From Raillietiella orientalis (lineage: Eukaryota): a stretch of DNA of 64,000 nt. Below, piece after piece: positions 1 to 13,260 of the stretch. Position numbers and translations under genes: made by a program. Under the pieces are notes generated by a model that was given only the letters and a program-made list of their open reading frames with translations, was not told where the DNA came from and ran no database searches. The DNA lies in contig JAYWIR010000020.1 of the NCBI GenBank assembly GCA_036172245.1, positions 124,001 to 188,000 on the forward strand. The letters run 5' to 3'. Within the stretch, counting starts at the first letter, position 1. Every line of letters begins with the position of its first letter.

Positions 1-23
1 GGTTGCCGTTCCACATATTAATG
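1..23 (+). CDS. RYa-R: 3' end of an upstream exon (TM6) of an RYamide/luqin-type GPCR, partial (gene starts before the window)
   Basis: (T)GG TTG CCG TTC CAC ATA TTA ATG reads (W)LPFHILM, the class A GPCR TM6 WLP motif. A consensus donor GTAAGT follows at 24. A phase-0 join to the exon at 13261 gives WLPFHILM|IVGDMHP. Confidence 0.75.
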
Positions 24-3000
24 GTAAGTGGCCATGTTGGATTCGAAGGCATCGCTGTTTTAGAGCAAGTCATAAAAAATTTAAAAAAGGCAGAACTTAA
101 CAGAATGATAATCACGAAAACAGCGGAAAGAAAGATCGATGCTTTCGAATCTGTACAGTTGCTACTATAACGCCGTATAAAATGTGAGCTAACCCCCTCG
201 TTTTAAGAACTACACTGCACTAGAGTGTGAGCAAGAAACGTAAGAATAGCGCATTGTGGAAGCAAGAAGCCACGCTTTCTTTGCTGATTTCATTTCTCAG
301 TTACTCGGAGAGGGTTGACTTCTTTCACAGGAATCGATCTTAGAGCCACAAAGGAATCTGACCATGGAATCTCTCGAAAAACCGATAACAAAATCAAGAT
401 ACGCAGCGCTTTCCTCGCTCTGGAGGAACTCGGTCTCTTGTCATGGAAGCAAGAGGAGGGACAGATGGCCACACTGCTCGGTGTTCCTCTTTCCCCTAGA
501 GGTGGCGCTGAGGGCGCAGTTCTTTCCGCCACAGGAGAATGAGGCGGGGGGGGGAGGCATGAAATTAAATTATTTCGGTGCATTTCAGTCGTTTTGATCT
601 TTCGGCAGGAAAACAACGGAGTTGACAGCAATACGAATACTCCTGGGAAAATTTTCGTTTCCAATCAGCTCCGGTGCTCACGACGCCGATCTATAAAAAG
701 GCGCTCCTCCCGTCTTGCTCCCACGGTCGTGTTCTGCTGCGTTCTAGCGTGGTGTTTTTTTCTGCGACTGGAAGCGAAAAGGGAAAAGTCATTACTTTCT
801 TTCTGCTCAAGGCATGCGGAATTCGAAAGCCGAAGGCTGCTAGGCTCCCCGCGGAGCACGAAAGTTCCAAGTGTTCTTTTTTTTTCAATCCAGTGGAAAA
901 AGACTCACACGAAGGTGGAAGGGGAGGGGCGATTCGACCTCGCATTTTCAGCCTCTTGGCACCAACACCCCAGGAGGTGCGGCGGCTTCTGGAAAGGAGA
1001 GTTTCGCTCTTCGTGAGAGCTTCCCTGCGCGCCGACGGCCTCGGTCAGCAGGTGAGCCTCAGCGAGCACGGCACTTAGCGAAGATCGGGAAACGGGCTGA
1101 TCCGCATCGAAGCACACAGTCTGCAAGAGCCGAGCTGGGCGTCGGCGACCCGCCGCCGCTCACACGAGCACCCCGATTCACACGAAACCGCCCCAGCGGC
1201 ACTAATCCGTGTCATCGTCGAGAAGGAAGAAATGACGGGATGTATTTCCCGTTTGGAATTCGAAACTTCCACTTTGCTGGTTGTTCTGAACGGTCGCTTG
1301 CGATTCGTGAAACTCGATTTCTTCTTCTTCTTCGGCAACGAGGAGATCTGCAGCGTGCGAAAGAAATCGAACCAAAAAGCAAACAAGGAGGGAGGGTGGG
1401 CGAGGACGGTGGGGAAAATTTTGAAACCGAAGAAGCCGCGCTACCAGAGTCGCTGCCTTCCTCTGCTTGACTCGCTCAGGATGCCATGCCAATCTCTTCT
1501 TCGTCTGGAATGCGGCAACTCTTTCTTTTTTTTCGATCCTACGAGGAGGATGCTTTCTTGCGATTGCCTGCTCGAAGCTGTGGGTCGAATCATCTGTGAA
1601 ACCCTCGTACCCAAATACTATCGACCATCATCTTCCATTCCACAAGCTCAACGGAAGCTCTTGACGTCTTTCCTAGAGAATCCGATCCTTGGACTTCATC
1701 TCTGAAATGACCAAGTACTTATGCGAAGCACGTAATCTGGAAACCCACTTCTTCAGCCCCATTGAGTTGTCCTTTGAGGAAATTTCATGATAAATTGCTT
1801 GATAAGTTCAAAGATATGGGAACGAGAAGTTTGTTTTTTCGGTTGTTATGGATTCCGCTGGCACACACACATCTTCGGTTCCCCAGGGGTTCGCAAGCGT
1901 AGCCATCGACAAAAGACACGGCCAACCATGACAGTGGGACTCCTTTGTCGTCCGGAAGCAGCGCGTGGGCATCTTTCGAACCCGTGCTCCGCTCCCGCCT
2001 ATCTGGACGGAATGACGAGGTTCCTGGCTTCGGGGTTTGAGGAAGAGAAAACCGGAAAACAAAGACTACGGTGGAGACTCGTCTACGGGCATCTCATTTT
2101 GATTTTGGGAACTCGTTCTCCCAAAAGTCTGGAAAAGCTGATGGGGAGCCGAGAAGAACAATTGCATCCTAGAAACAAAAACGAAAAAAAAAAAAAAAAG
2201 ACTACAATTCATCTTTCGCTGATTCGATCCTGCGAGTTCATTTAGCGTTTTGGAGGACAGTCGTCCCTGCTTAGCATCCGCGCTCGAGATTTGAATTCAG
2301 GATTTTATTAGCACGGAGGAATGGTGCCTTCCCGACGATTGATGATCCTCACGTGAAGATTCGATTTTCCTCTTCCTTCTTCTTCTCGATATCCGTATCC
2401 ATCTTGGATCTGATCACTAATAAAATCGCAATTATGAACTCGGTTTTGCCTCTTCCTCTTCATCCTTCGTTTTTTTCTCTTTTTTCATGCAGCCGATGCA
2501 GTTTTTCCCCGCCCCCTTCTTTTTACCTCCGTGCTGCATATGCAGCGATTATGGATTTTTCATGAAAGCTTTGCACCGAGATCACGTTCCGTTCATATTT
2601 AATTTACAGTGTAGAGAAATGGTAAGGAAGAAGGCTAGGAGGAGAGAGGGAGGCAGTCAGCAGAAGAAACGCTCACGTGCTTATTAAAGATTCGCCCACG
2701 TTAGGAGATGCTTAATGAACTTAATGAACTGCGGATTTGCATTGTACATCCTGGCGGCGAGGTAGGAACAAATACAATGGAAGAGAGGGGAGGATTAATC
2801 TCCAGAATCTTGAAAACTATTATTCCTCTGAAATTAATTGTTTGTGCTGCGAACCAAAGAAGAATGTGCTCCAGGAGTCGTGAATCTGAGATCCATTGTT
2901 TTTCCATCTCTGTGTGCTGCTGACTTCACCGGCACGCCACCATCATTCTTTGCTTTCATTATTTTAAGTAATTGATTTTCAGAATTCTTTCTCACTTATG

Positions 3001-4466
3001 ACACTTTTTGAAACTTCTGAGGAAGAACGGAGAAGCTGAAAATTAAATGAGTGAATTAATCTTTCCCAAGAGAAACCCCTTTTCTCAAGCCTTAGAGGCC
3101 GCATCTCCTCTCGCAATCTTCTTCATGTAAACAAAATTTTTCTCCCTCTTACGCGAAGGATTCTCCTGGGACTCCCGGACGTCATCCGATCATCTCCCTA
3201 TGCCTGCTGGAACTCCTCGAAGCAGGGCTGCCGCCGACCGCTCCCTCCCTTCGAGCAGACATCCACCACGCACGAGGCACCGACCGTTCCTCCCTCAAAC
3301 GTGTTGGCGCCCGCGGGCACCCCGGAACACGGCGCTGCGGTACGCGCAGAGAGATGACGGGGTGTGTTCGTGCTCCTTCCCATCTTCTTCGGCGGTGCAG
3401 ATGGATTCGATGAAACACACTTGAGGGCGCGCTTGACGGGATCCACGCGGTCTGTACGGACGGGAATGGGACGTGGCTTCGGGTGCAAATTACACTTCAC
3501 GTTGAGAACGCGGAGTGAGATGGGAGGACCTCGCATCCGAGAGGGGAACTCCAAAGAGTCCCGACCCGTCTCCTGGCAGATGTTTTCAGAAGGCACGCTG
3601 GATATCCGAGAAGTTCCTCTTCCCTTCAGTGGGGGATGACTTTCAGAGCATCTACGACATCAGTCAATAGAGCCATCTCTGTCTCGAGCATCTCTTGAGA
3701 CTTTCAGCTCCAGTCATAAATCGTGAGGCGAGGAGCTCCTGCCCATGTGGCAGGTGTTCTTCCACGGGAGTTCCCCACCACTGAGCCTGCACCAAACATG
3801 CGACCTGGGTAGCGCCGCGCGGGGAGGGAGGAAGATTGAAACGAAAAGTCTCCAGCATGGAGCCTGCTGCACAAGTGCCGCCGCCTTCCTTGGGATCCGC
3901 ACGACCTAGTAGTCGGGAGATGCAGCTCCAATGACGTGGGGGAAATGAAGAGAGCACCCCCTGTGCGGCTGCCGCCGAAAAGGGGGACAAGGAAAGGAAA
4001 TCGCGCACATCCGGAAGGACGGTTTCCGAGAGAGCTGTGTAAGGTCGTGTGTTTCCCGCTCGTTCCGCATGCGCAGCGAACTCCGGCGGGCAGATCGCCG
4101 TGGATCTGCGTCACGAGCTTGGCAGCACCACGTGCGCGCGGGAAGAAACGGGATGACCCTCCACTTCCGATCTTCGAGGTACGAGACCTTTGCGGATGGA
4201 GATCCGCCCAAGGTGTAGCTGCTTTTGGTGCCCTGGGACGCCCCTCTCCATGCATCTGCTCCCTGAGTAGAACGAGAACAGCGTTCATAAACGCTCCCCC
4301 CCCCCCCCCCCTCCCCTCTGCTTGTTGCACAGCGGTGGCTGCGACTAGTGGACCCATGGAGTCAAGGATTCGCAGACTGTGCTCCAACCCTTGAACGCGC
4401 GCGCTGCTGTCGGCGAGATACGAGCACGAACGAGAGGCAAACGTGGCGTAGGGACCGAAGGTTCCA

Positions 4467-4830
4467 GTGGGACTGAGACCCTTGTTGCCGGTGCCAAAGG
4501 GCATCGAAGACGAGGCAGATCGGCACAGCTTCCAGGAAGCTGCATCTCGGATTCGGAAACTTCCTTCAGTGGGAGAAATGGGTTGGGGATCAACAGCAGG
4601 AACCTCCGTGAAAGCTCTTGGAACACGAAAACAGGACACAGGGACCACAGGGACAGGAGCACTTGGCGACGCCATCCTTCGCCGGGCGGCAGGACGAACG
4701 TAGAGTCGGTTACCGTGGAGCTTGCGTCCAGGGAATCGGCGCCCGAGGAGAAAGGCGTCGGGGAACTCGAAGAGCAGGGAACCAAATGGATCCCGGAGCT
4801 GTGGCGGCACGGGCTTAAGTCATAGTCGGT
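4467..4830 (+). mobile_element. Decayed non-LTR retrotransposon ORF1-like remnant (inside the GPCR intron)
   Basis: One frame with an internal stop reads LLPVPKGIEDEADRHSFQE...GDAILRRAAGRT*SRLPWSLRPGNRR...SRSCGGTGLSHSR. This follows the L1/Tx1 ORF1 order of RRM-like region, IPxxLxIxG motif and degenerate zinc knuckle, then a low-complexity tail. Recognised by eye only. Confidence 0.33.
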
Positions 4831-7800
4831 CCAGAGAGGTGCGCTCGCGGTGGGGGTGGGGCAGAACTCTCCTAGAAGCTCGCCCGGAGCAGAGCCCTCG
4901 AGCCAGAGAGGTCCGGAGCAGCAGGAGCTGTGGCAAAAGAGGCTGCCCCCTGGAGGCACCCTCCGAAAAAGCGGGGTGGGGTGGGGAGGGAGAGGAGAAG
5001 CTCCTGCCTCTGAATAAGGCCAGGGAAGAGGAAATGTTCTCCTTCGGACGCTGCGCACATCAGCAAGACATGCCAGAGAGGGACATCTCCATCGGGGGGA
5101 ACTTGCGATATCAGCGGCGAGTAGCGGCAGCAGTGAGAAGGACTGGGTGTGGGGGTCGCCCGAGTCTCGAAAGGGTGGAGGCGGGGCCGGGGACTCTGGG
5201 AGCACGCCGACCTCACTCCCTGCGCGTGGGGGAAGGGGGAGGGGTGCGGAGGTTCCGCCCATCCTGAAGCAGCAAGAGAGGGACTCGGCTTCTTCCTCTT
5301 CCTCCGCTTCTTGCCCTGCCTCACGCGGTCTCCAGAACTGTGGGAATGGGAGGGAAGGACGGGCGACTCCCGTCACGCGACTCTGCAGTTCCTCTTCCGG
5401 GATTCAGAACCGATCTCTAGACGAACCGGACGTGAACCCTCGTTTCTCCCGAGAGCATCCCGGAGAAGGAAAGCGTCCTCTCCCTGTGGGCTGCAGCGCG
5501 CATCGGGGGGTGCTCGACAGGGACGCGCAGAAAACTAGGCGCATGGGGCGTTGCTTCCCCCTTTCAGTCCACCCGAACGCTCCTCCTCACCCCTCCACCT
5601 CCGGCACTCCGGCAGGCCGGATGACCTCGACATGGGACGGAGGGCGGCCGGGCGCTGGTGCGAGACGTCCTCGCTCCCGCTGGGAGGACGCCAGAGGGAA
5701 TGAGGGAATCCTTTTCGGAAGAGGGGCGTTCACGAGAAAGGGAGCGATGGAAAAGTCGAGGGCTCCCTCTCGCCCCTTCTTCGAGCCCCTCTTCTCCGTT
5801 CCCAGTCGTGTCCGGCGCGTGCGCATCCTTTCGGAGCGCGCGCCCGGAGGTATCCCGGAGGCGCCAACGGCGGCAGCTGGCGGCCTCGGACTTAATAATT
5901 CGCACATGAAAAATTGAGAGGACGCGAGTAGCAGCTGGACTGCCCCGCGGCCCTCTTGGACTTCGACGGCTGGACGCGAGTACCCGCCCCTCCTCAGTGG
6001 ACCGCACGGAAGTGGGAAAGGTGCGCGCGCCTTCTCGGGGCCCACGGATACAAGGAGAGGGTCGTAAAAAGAAGGCAGGGGAGGAGCCGATTCTCCCCTT
6101 CCCGAACTTTCCTCCCTCTTAGTCTCAGGGTAATTCTCTCTCTCGTCCCACAGGGAAATCGTTCTCTGCTGGGATGGGGTGGGCAGCCGCCGCGCCGCGA
6201 GATCCATTGGCGCTAGTGTTCGGTCGCTTCCATGGCTCTTTCACCCCCTCCCTTTCCTGAAAGGAGGGGGGAGTGACCGAAGCGGGGAAGGGCGAGAAGG
6301 AGGGGGAGGAGTAGGAGGAAGGAGGAGGGCCGAGGAGGGAAAGGGAGGAATGGATCCGCCGATCGCATCGGGAGCGCGCACGGCCGCCGCGGGAACGCTG
6401 GGACCGTCGGGAAGACGCGCAGCGCGAGGGAAGGGGGTAAACCGAATGGATGGGGTCGGGAAGAAGGGGAGAGACGATTTATTACCGGGGCGGTAGGATT
6501 ACCTCCGGGATGATTTACAGCACAGCATCCTCGCGCATCTGTGCTCGCGTGCCGCCTCCGGCGGGGGAGGATGCTAGCGTCGGAGGAGGCGACCCAGACC
6601 GTAGACCCGCGGTGGTGATGGTGCAACCTGCGCCCCCGGGGCAGCCGCCTTCTGTGAGGGCGCCTCCCCTTCTTTCCCGCTGCTCCTGGCTCTTCCTTCC
6701 GACTGCCCCGCGGAGCGAGGGCAGTCTCGGAGGACTGCCTCCCTGCCCCTCTCCCCCAGCGAGACTCCCGGCACGAGACCACCCAGGCTAAGTGCCCACG
6801 GTGGCTGGTAGGCGCGCCGCCTCCCTCGGAATGATCGCCATTTTCTCGAGTCCCCGTGCCTCCGGGGACCCCACACATAAGGATCAGGGATGGCGGCTCA
6901 TATCTCATGGGCTCGCCAGGTGGAACAAACAGATGCTATCGGCAAACAAACTCCGGGGGCCAGAAGCAGCGTGAAGAAGAGGCCTCTTCTTATCAACAAG
7001 GAAGTGTCCGATTGAACAGAGTCATTGGCCGTCGCTTCCTTCCTCCCTGGAACGGAAGTGCGCTTTCTGAGGCCTCCCTCCGACGTTCACGTTAGGGCTG
7101 AAGATGACTTCCGCAGAGAAGTCCCCCCCCCCCCCACCATGCACACACGTCCTTTCCTTCTTTTCTCTTTTTTTTTCTTTTTTTTTCTCCTCTTCTTTCT
7201 CTCTCTCATATTTTCACCATTGACACGAAGTCAACTCCGCGCCTGCGCCGCAACGGAGAGGCGCGCCTTTCTGCTTGCGTCCCTCCGTCGTTTCGTATCT
7301 CTTGCTGATGTAATCAATCTCAGACCTTCGGTGGAAAGTAAAGTCGGCAACAATGAGATCCGCGCCCTTCCCCCTCTCCCTCTTCCTTCGTCCCCTCTCC
7401 CCTTCCCCCCTCCCCTCTCTCTCTCTCCCACCCCTCCGTTCGGGCGGGCGCGCGCGCATGTACCTCGTGGTCTCGCAAGCATGGAGACGACGGCGGGATC
7501 CCACACAGGAAAAAGCAGCCGCAGAACTCGTTCCTGTTAAGGTTATTTCTGACCTTTTCCGATTCGTTTTGACAGATGGCGCTAGACCATTGCCAACTCG
7601 AAAGACAAAAGTAATCTTCAGTGGGAGTGACACCTGTCAAAACTGCGACGCGAGCGGAATGATGTTCTCCCAGGCTGAGAAGAAGAAAAAGGAAGAAGAA
7701 GAAGAAAAGAAAAACGCGCAAACAGAAATGCTGCGAAACCGGATTAAGCAATCTAAAAATACTGTTTCATCGGTCGGCGAAGAAGAGAAAGAAGGTGGTG

Positions 7801-9589
7801 GCACCGAAACCATCCCGAATTTTCACTGCAGCGAGCAAAGAGCGCGTCTTCGGAGCCGTCATTCGGAGAGGGGGATAGACGGAAGGCCGCCTCCGCAAAA
7901 GTCGATAACCGAACTGGCGAAAGAAGAAGAGGTCTTCTTCTTCGCCGACGGCGCGGCGTGGTCACCGTTGGGGTAGGAAAGGAGGGCGGGGTCGGCATTC
8001 CGAGGATCCCCGGGAGCCTAGGGCTCGACCATCCTCCGACCAAACAGGCTACCCGGATCCCCTCTTTTCGGAGCCGTCCTGTCCTCCCGACGCGCCGCCT
8101 GATCTTCGACGGTGATCTCGAAAGCCGCCGTGTCCGCGGCGGGACGCCGGGACTCGCGACCCACTCCGCCCCGTATCCGATACAAGGCGCGGGAGGTGAC
8201 GCAACAATCAGCCCCGGTATCCCGAAGAGCCCCCTCGCTGCCGAGTGACGACGAACTCTCCGGTCCAGTCGGAACGCGCGAGACTGAATTACGTCAAATT
8301 TACGTCACCGTGACACGAGGCTGCTCCTCGCGCGGGACATCCACCGACACTTTCATCAGAGATATGTTTACGCGAATTGATCGCTCCGTTTTGACAAGTG
8401 CTCCTCCATTCGAATTTCTGGAAACCGTTTGTCTGAGATTCGCTTGGAGCCGGTGACAGATAGGAAGCTGCTGACAAGGCATCATTCGTGCCATGCTGCA
8501 TTATTCTAATCAGATCGCTTTTTTCACAAATACATTCTTTTTTTTTTTTTTCGCTTTCCCCTTATAAAATATCTCGCGAGGGGAATGCCGTCTCTATGAA
8601 AGCAAGCGAAACGCTAGACTCCCTAAGCCCTTCCTCTCCGGACTGCAGATAACTCGTGAGTGACGTCTGATGAATTCTTTATTTCGTGTGGGTGATGTTT
8701 TCGCTTTTCCCTGGTTCCAGCGTCTTCTTATCGTTCGCGTGTGTGGCTTGAGCGGTGGGTGGAAGGGTGGAAGGCACCTCACCTTCTGGATTTCACCTCT
8801 TGCTCGTTCTTGTCAACAACAACAACACGCAACGGAAGATTCCCCGAGAGAGCTCTTTGCTGACCGTTCCCGAACGCCCGCTGCCTTCCTCTGCAGCCGG
8901 TGCCTCTCCCGACGATCGCATCCGCCGCTTTCCTCACGTCTGAGCACCGCGCGACTTAATTGCTCGATAAATAACGACATCTCCGGCTAATTGGCTTCGG
9001 AACCGGACGTTTCGTTCGGACTCGCTGACGGCGCGCTGCTCGCGTTGCAGAGAATGAGTCGATGTGGGGGAGGGGGAGGGTCTCTACCCTCCTTTTCAAG
9101 AGCAATCGGGAACGTTCGAGTGACTGCAGTTCCTTCCGCAGGAGTTTCCATCCTCATCTTCAGCTTTCCTCCTCCTCCCCCTCCCCTTTTCCTTCAAAGT
9201 AGCGAGAGCTGCGCCTCGGCGAGGTCAAGAAACTGATAGAGTTGTACCACCGAGATGCAGCTTATTACGGTTCCGAGAATGAGCGCTGACGCAAACTGGA
9301 AGTCTCTCCTGCTAACGAGTGAAAAAATGTCAATCACCTTCGCATCCACATTAATCTTTTTGAAGTTTTTCTTTTTTTTTTTTTTTTTTTTTCGCATGTG
9401 TATTTTTTTCCTCTCTCCCTCTCTAAAAAAAAAAGAAAAAAGTCCAAAGAGCGTCCGCTCACCACCAGTGCAGATCAGGAAGCTGCCTTCCATTCAAAAA
9501 GGTGAAATCCACCTTGCAGAGCTCCTTTGCAACGAAGACGGATAGTCCCGAAAAGTGCCGAAGTTGGAGTCCCGAAAGACATCAGCTTT

Positions 9590-9800
9590 GACTTTAGTGT
9601 GATCCGCTGAGTGCTCAAGGACCTTTCGCCTAGGGCTCACGAAACTTTTGAACGCTGTCCGCGCTAGCCGAAGGTGCCTGTGACTCTTCAAGTTATAAGG
9701 GGCACCCTACGAATCCAGGAAGGCTCCGGAGGAAGAATTCCGTCCCTCTTATGCTTGGCAGGGAACCCTCGCCCTGGTTGTCTCCGAAGGATAACCCTGA
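9590..9800 (+). mobile_element. Decayed ORF1-like remnant
   Basis: VLKDLSPRAHETFE...GTLRIQEGSGGRIPSLLCLAGNP resembles the GxRxVxM...IPSxLxIAG segment of L1/Tx1 ORF1, followed by a Ser/Pro/Glu-rich tail. Confidence 0.3.
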
Positions 9801-10849
9801 AGGCAACCAGTTCCTTATTATCTCCGGAGGGACCCCTCAGAGGGGCCGCTGCTGCCATTTCCTCTTCGGAAGAACCCACAAGGAACCCGCTTCCTGTTTC
9901 CTCCTCTGAAGCGAACCCTGAAGGGACGCTTCCCAATTTCCCTGAAGCGAGCCTCCCCGAAGGGAGCAGCGCGCTTGACACTCTGGTGAGGCATCAACCA
10001 GCACCATGCATGGTACGCGATGAAAGAGCCGTCCCTCCCCTGAGGGTAGGGATGGTTCCATTTTCATTACTGGAGAACAGCCCCTTGATTTCTGGGCGTG
10101 GCTCCGGAGGGTCGAATTCCGATCTCTGCCAGTCAACGGGTGGGCATCCTGTTTTAACCTCTACCAGTGCCACAACCGAATAGAGGCCGAACAGCGTCAT
10201 GAGGAACTTCCGTCATCTCGAGTTCCTTGAGGGAGGAACTCGAGTCCACGACGCCCCCCCCCCCCCCCAAATCTCTCGGCGTCGATTCTTTCCGAGTATT
10301 CGAACCCCGTGATTCCTGGTGCCACGAGCGGACACCGCAGCCACGCGACCACCGACGCGGGCTGGTAGGAGAGCACCGCCACCCACCTGTTCTGCGTGCC
10401 GTTGACCCGGGTTCCACCAGGAGGTCTTCTTCGCTTAGCAGACTTTCGTGAAGAACGGCGGCGGCAGGCAGTTCGAGAGCGAAGGCGTTTGCTTGGCCCG
10501 AGACAGCAGCGTTAGGAGGGTGAGAGAGAGAGGAGGGGAGGGGCAAGAATTCGAGGGTGGATGAAAAGGTGGAAAGTGGCGGAAGAATGAAGTGACGCGA
10601 GGACAGCGGCAGGGTCAAAGAGGGCCGAAGGCGCGAAACGGGCAACGAAGATCCTTTCCGACGAGAGTGTCGCTGGCGGAGTCGATCCTAGGGAAGGGGC
10701 TGTCGGAAGGCGTCCGAGAAACAGGACCGCGCGCCCACTTCTCCCCAATGCACAGCTGGGAAGCAGCGATGACGGATGCTTTCAGGTTGGCAGCGGAAGC
10801 ACCCAGGGAAAAACGGAATGGGGCGAACCGAGCAGAGTTCGGTCGCGTG

Positions 10850-11200
10850 TGCGAAAGGGGTTCTTCGGGAAGGTTTCCGGGCCAGGAAGTCCGAGTTCGC
10901 GCGCGAACCGATTGCCAGCACCCACACGTCCCGACCGGCATTAGCAAATGGCTCTCCGATGAAACGTCGCTGTGCAACCCAAACTCCGACGGGGGAAGAG
11001 GAAGACGAAGCGATCTCCATTCGGGAGTTCGGAAGAAGATTTCCCATTCGAGCCGATTCCGGGGGCATTTGTCTTCCTGCTCCCTGCCGTTCCCTGCTGA
11101 CGTCACCAGCATGATGGTTTCGGGGCGGATTCGAAAGAGCGTTCGGCGGTAGGTGGTCCCCGGTTCGAACCCCGCGGTCCACCAGCGAAACCCCGAAAAG
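10850..11200 (+). mobile_element. Possible decayed ORF1-like remnant
   Basis: EVRVRARTDCQHPHVPTGISKWLSDE...LHSGVRKK...LPFPADVTSMMVSGRIR; weak resemblance to the same ORF1 segment. Confidence 0.2.
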
Positions 11201-11699
11201 CCACTGAACTTCCGGATCGTAAGACTCGGACCTTGAGACGACCTGAATCGCGTCCCTTCCTGCCCACGTCATAACAGATAATGCCGTTCCCCTTGCGTGA
11301 TGCGCTACTCGGGTCTTCTGTTCCATTTCCTCGGCCTGATCCCGGATCCATAAAACTAATTTCGTGCTATCACCAGTAGCTAAAAAAAATTGATTCCCGG
11401 TAACGCTTCTTGAAACGGAGGTGCCGTTGAGCCGCAGACGCTCCTCTGCGCATCCGACGCAGCGTCCGGCCGAATTTCCCTCGTCTGAAGGAAGATCCCA
11501 CAGTAACGATGATGGCTCCTGGAACAAAAACTTTTACGCAGGGAAGTTTCCAATGCCTCGATGATCAAGTCATAAGAAGTAATAAGCAGAGTGAGTGGGA
11601 GCTGCAGGGACGATGGAACAGATAAATCGGAAAGACCGGAGTTTCGATTGGGGCTAGCAGGAGATGCAGAAGACAGGAAGAGGCGCAGATAATCAGAGT

Positions 11700-12110
11700 A
11701 TGAAGAAGGAGAAAAAAGGAAAAAATGGCTGCGTGTTCGTCTTTCTGTAGGATATATTCAGCAGATCTTAGGGGAAGGAATGGGCCCCCGAAATCCTGAT
11801 CGACAGATTCAATCGATAACGCCCTTCTCGTGTGATAGAGAAAAAAACAGGAATGAAAACCATAGGCATGGGGGAGGAGAGAGAGAGAAAGTTTCAACAG
11901 GACTGAGCACGGCAAAGATCTGAGAGTCCTCAATATGGAAGGTGACATGCAAGAGTACACGGATATGGAGATGCGAAGAAATCTGGAGCGCATCTTGTAA
12001 GATGCAAGAATTAGCCACCTATTTCTAAGCTGAAACATGGAGACACCTCGGAAGAAGACGTGTGAACGATGCACGATGCTGTCACGGAAATGGAAAAGGT
12101 CCTCGAAGCA
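11700..12110 (+). mobile_element. Decayed ORF1-like remnant with several stops
   Basis: The plus frame reads RIYSADLRGRNGPP...SIDNALLV...GKDLRVLNMEG...ERIL*DARISHLFLS*NMETPRKKTCERCTMLSRK, with a CxxC knuckle remnant. The 322-aa minus-strand ORF looks like its antisense shadow. Confidence 0.3.
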
Positions 12111-13260
12111 GGCAGAAACACCTATGCAGCAACCGCGTCGCATCCTTTGAGCGGGAAGCGAGGACGGCTGCAAGTCCGGGCGCATCCCAGGAAGCAAAGC
12201 GTTCAGGGACGCTCTCGAGCGCGTCGGTGGGACCAGCGTCCTGCCCAAGATGGCACTCGAGGGACGGCGAGACGAAAAGAGCTCCAAAGAGAACTGAGGG
12301 AGGAATAGATTTCCCTCTCGATGTTGTGAGCGGATGCTGGGGAGCGGCGGCAGAGGAAGGCGCCGAAGAAGAGCACCTTCTTTCTGGCACTGCATTTCCG
12401 CTTCCCAATCCACACTCGGTCGGCACGGAAACTCCGGACGCTCCCTTTCCTTCTCCGAACTCTTCTTCGAAAACTCATCTGGATCAAGGTGATCCACTGA
12501 ACTGTCTTCTCCTCCAGGATAAACGAGCAGCATTACCCCTTGATAGGGAAGACATCAGGTACCCTTGCTCGTCATCAATTTATTTTTAAGCTGGTTCTTG
12601 GGTCGTTGCACTTTCGGTCTTTGCCGTGTGACTCCCGACGAAGACGTCAGGACCTGTACTAATTACCGATTGCCAATTGAGCGTACATGGGCGCGATTTT
12701 TGGCTTTCAGCCCTCAGATATCCCGAATCCCGGATTCACAAAGCGGACCACAGAGCCAAATACTCCCGGATGACTGCGTCTCTCCGTATCGAGTTAGCCC
12801 ACGAAAGCGCTCTTTAGAAACATCTCAGCTTACTGCAAATGATGAGTTCGTTTTGTGCTGCACACGGGTTTACTTCGCGTTCCCATGGAGATCATCTCAA
12901 TTTCGTCGGATGCCGGCCCGCTCGAAAGATGTTGCACATCAATTTTTATTTTTTTTTCTCGGATTGCAGCCCGGAAAAAGCTCGAGGTGAAGGGGTTGGC
13001 CGCTCTGAAGAGAGGAGGAATCTTGAATCTTTCATTACGACTGGATCCAAGAGTTTGCCCAAACGGTAGAAAGTTTGATAGATGAAGTGCAATTTTTTTC
13101 CACTGCGATCGCTGTGATTCACTTCCACGCTCTCCGTGTGCCCGCTGGTCTTTTCGTGTGTCGCGATAAAAATACGAATGCAGCAGCTTCTTCGCAAAAT
13201 CTTTGTTTGAAAAACAAAAACAAAAAACAACCTGGATATGTTTCCCATTTTTCATTTCAG

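Noticed and set aside
315..542. ORF containing ATLLGVPL (RT-thumb-like)
   Set aside because: A single weak motif is not enough to call an element.
3704..6908. Long overlapping ORFs of 200-368 aa on both strands
   Set aside because: They are Arg/Pro/Ser/Gly-rich, have no recognisable domains and overlap in several frames. This is expected in GC-rich decayed repeat DNA inside an intron.
7573..7585. CTCF-like core CAGATGGCGCTAG (similar at about 499-510)
   Set aside because: A short motif in GC-rich DNA cannot be told apart from chance without ChIP or conservation data.
11140..11184. tRNA gene
   Set aside because: Only a T-loop/B-box-like motif with a mispaired stem; no D arm or anticodon arm.
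11565..12533. 322-aa minus-strand ORF
   Set aside because: No recognisable family. It is better explained as the antisense shadow of a purine-rich decayed ORF1-like sequence.
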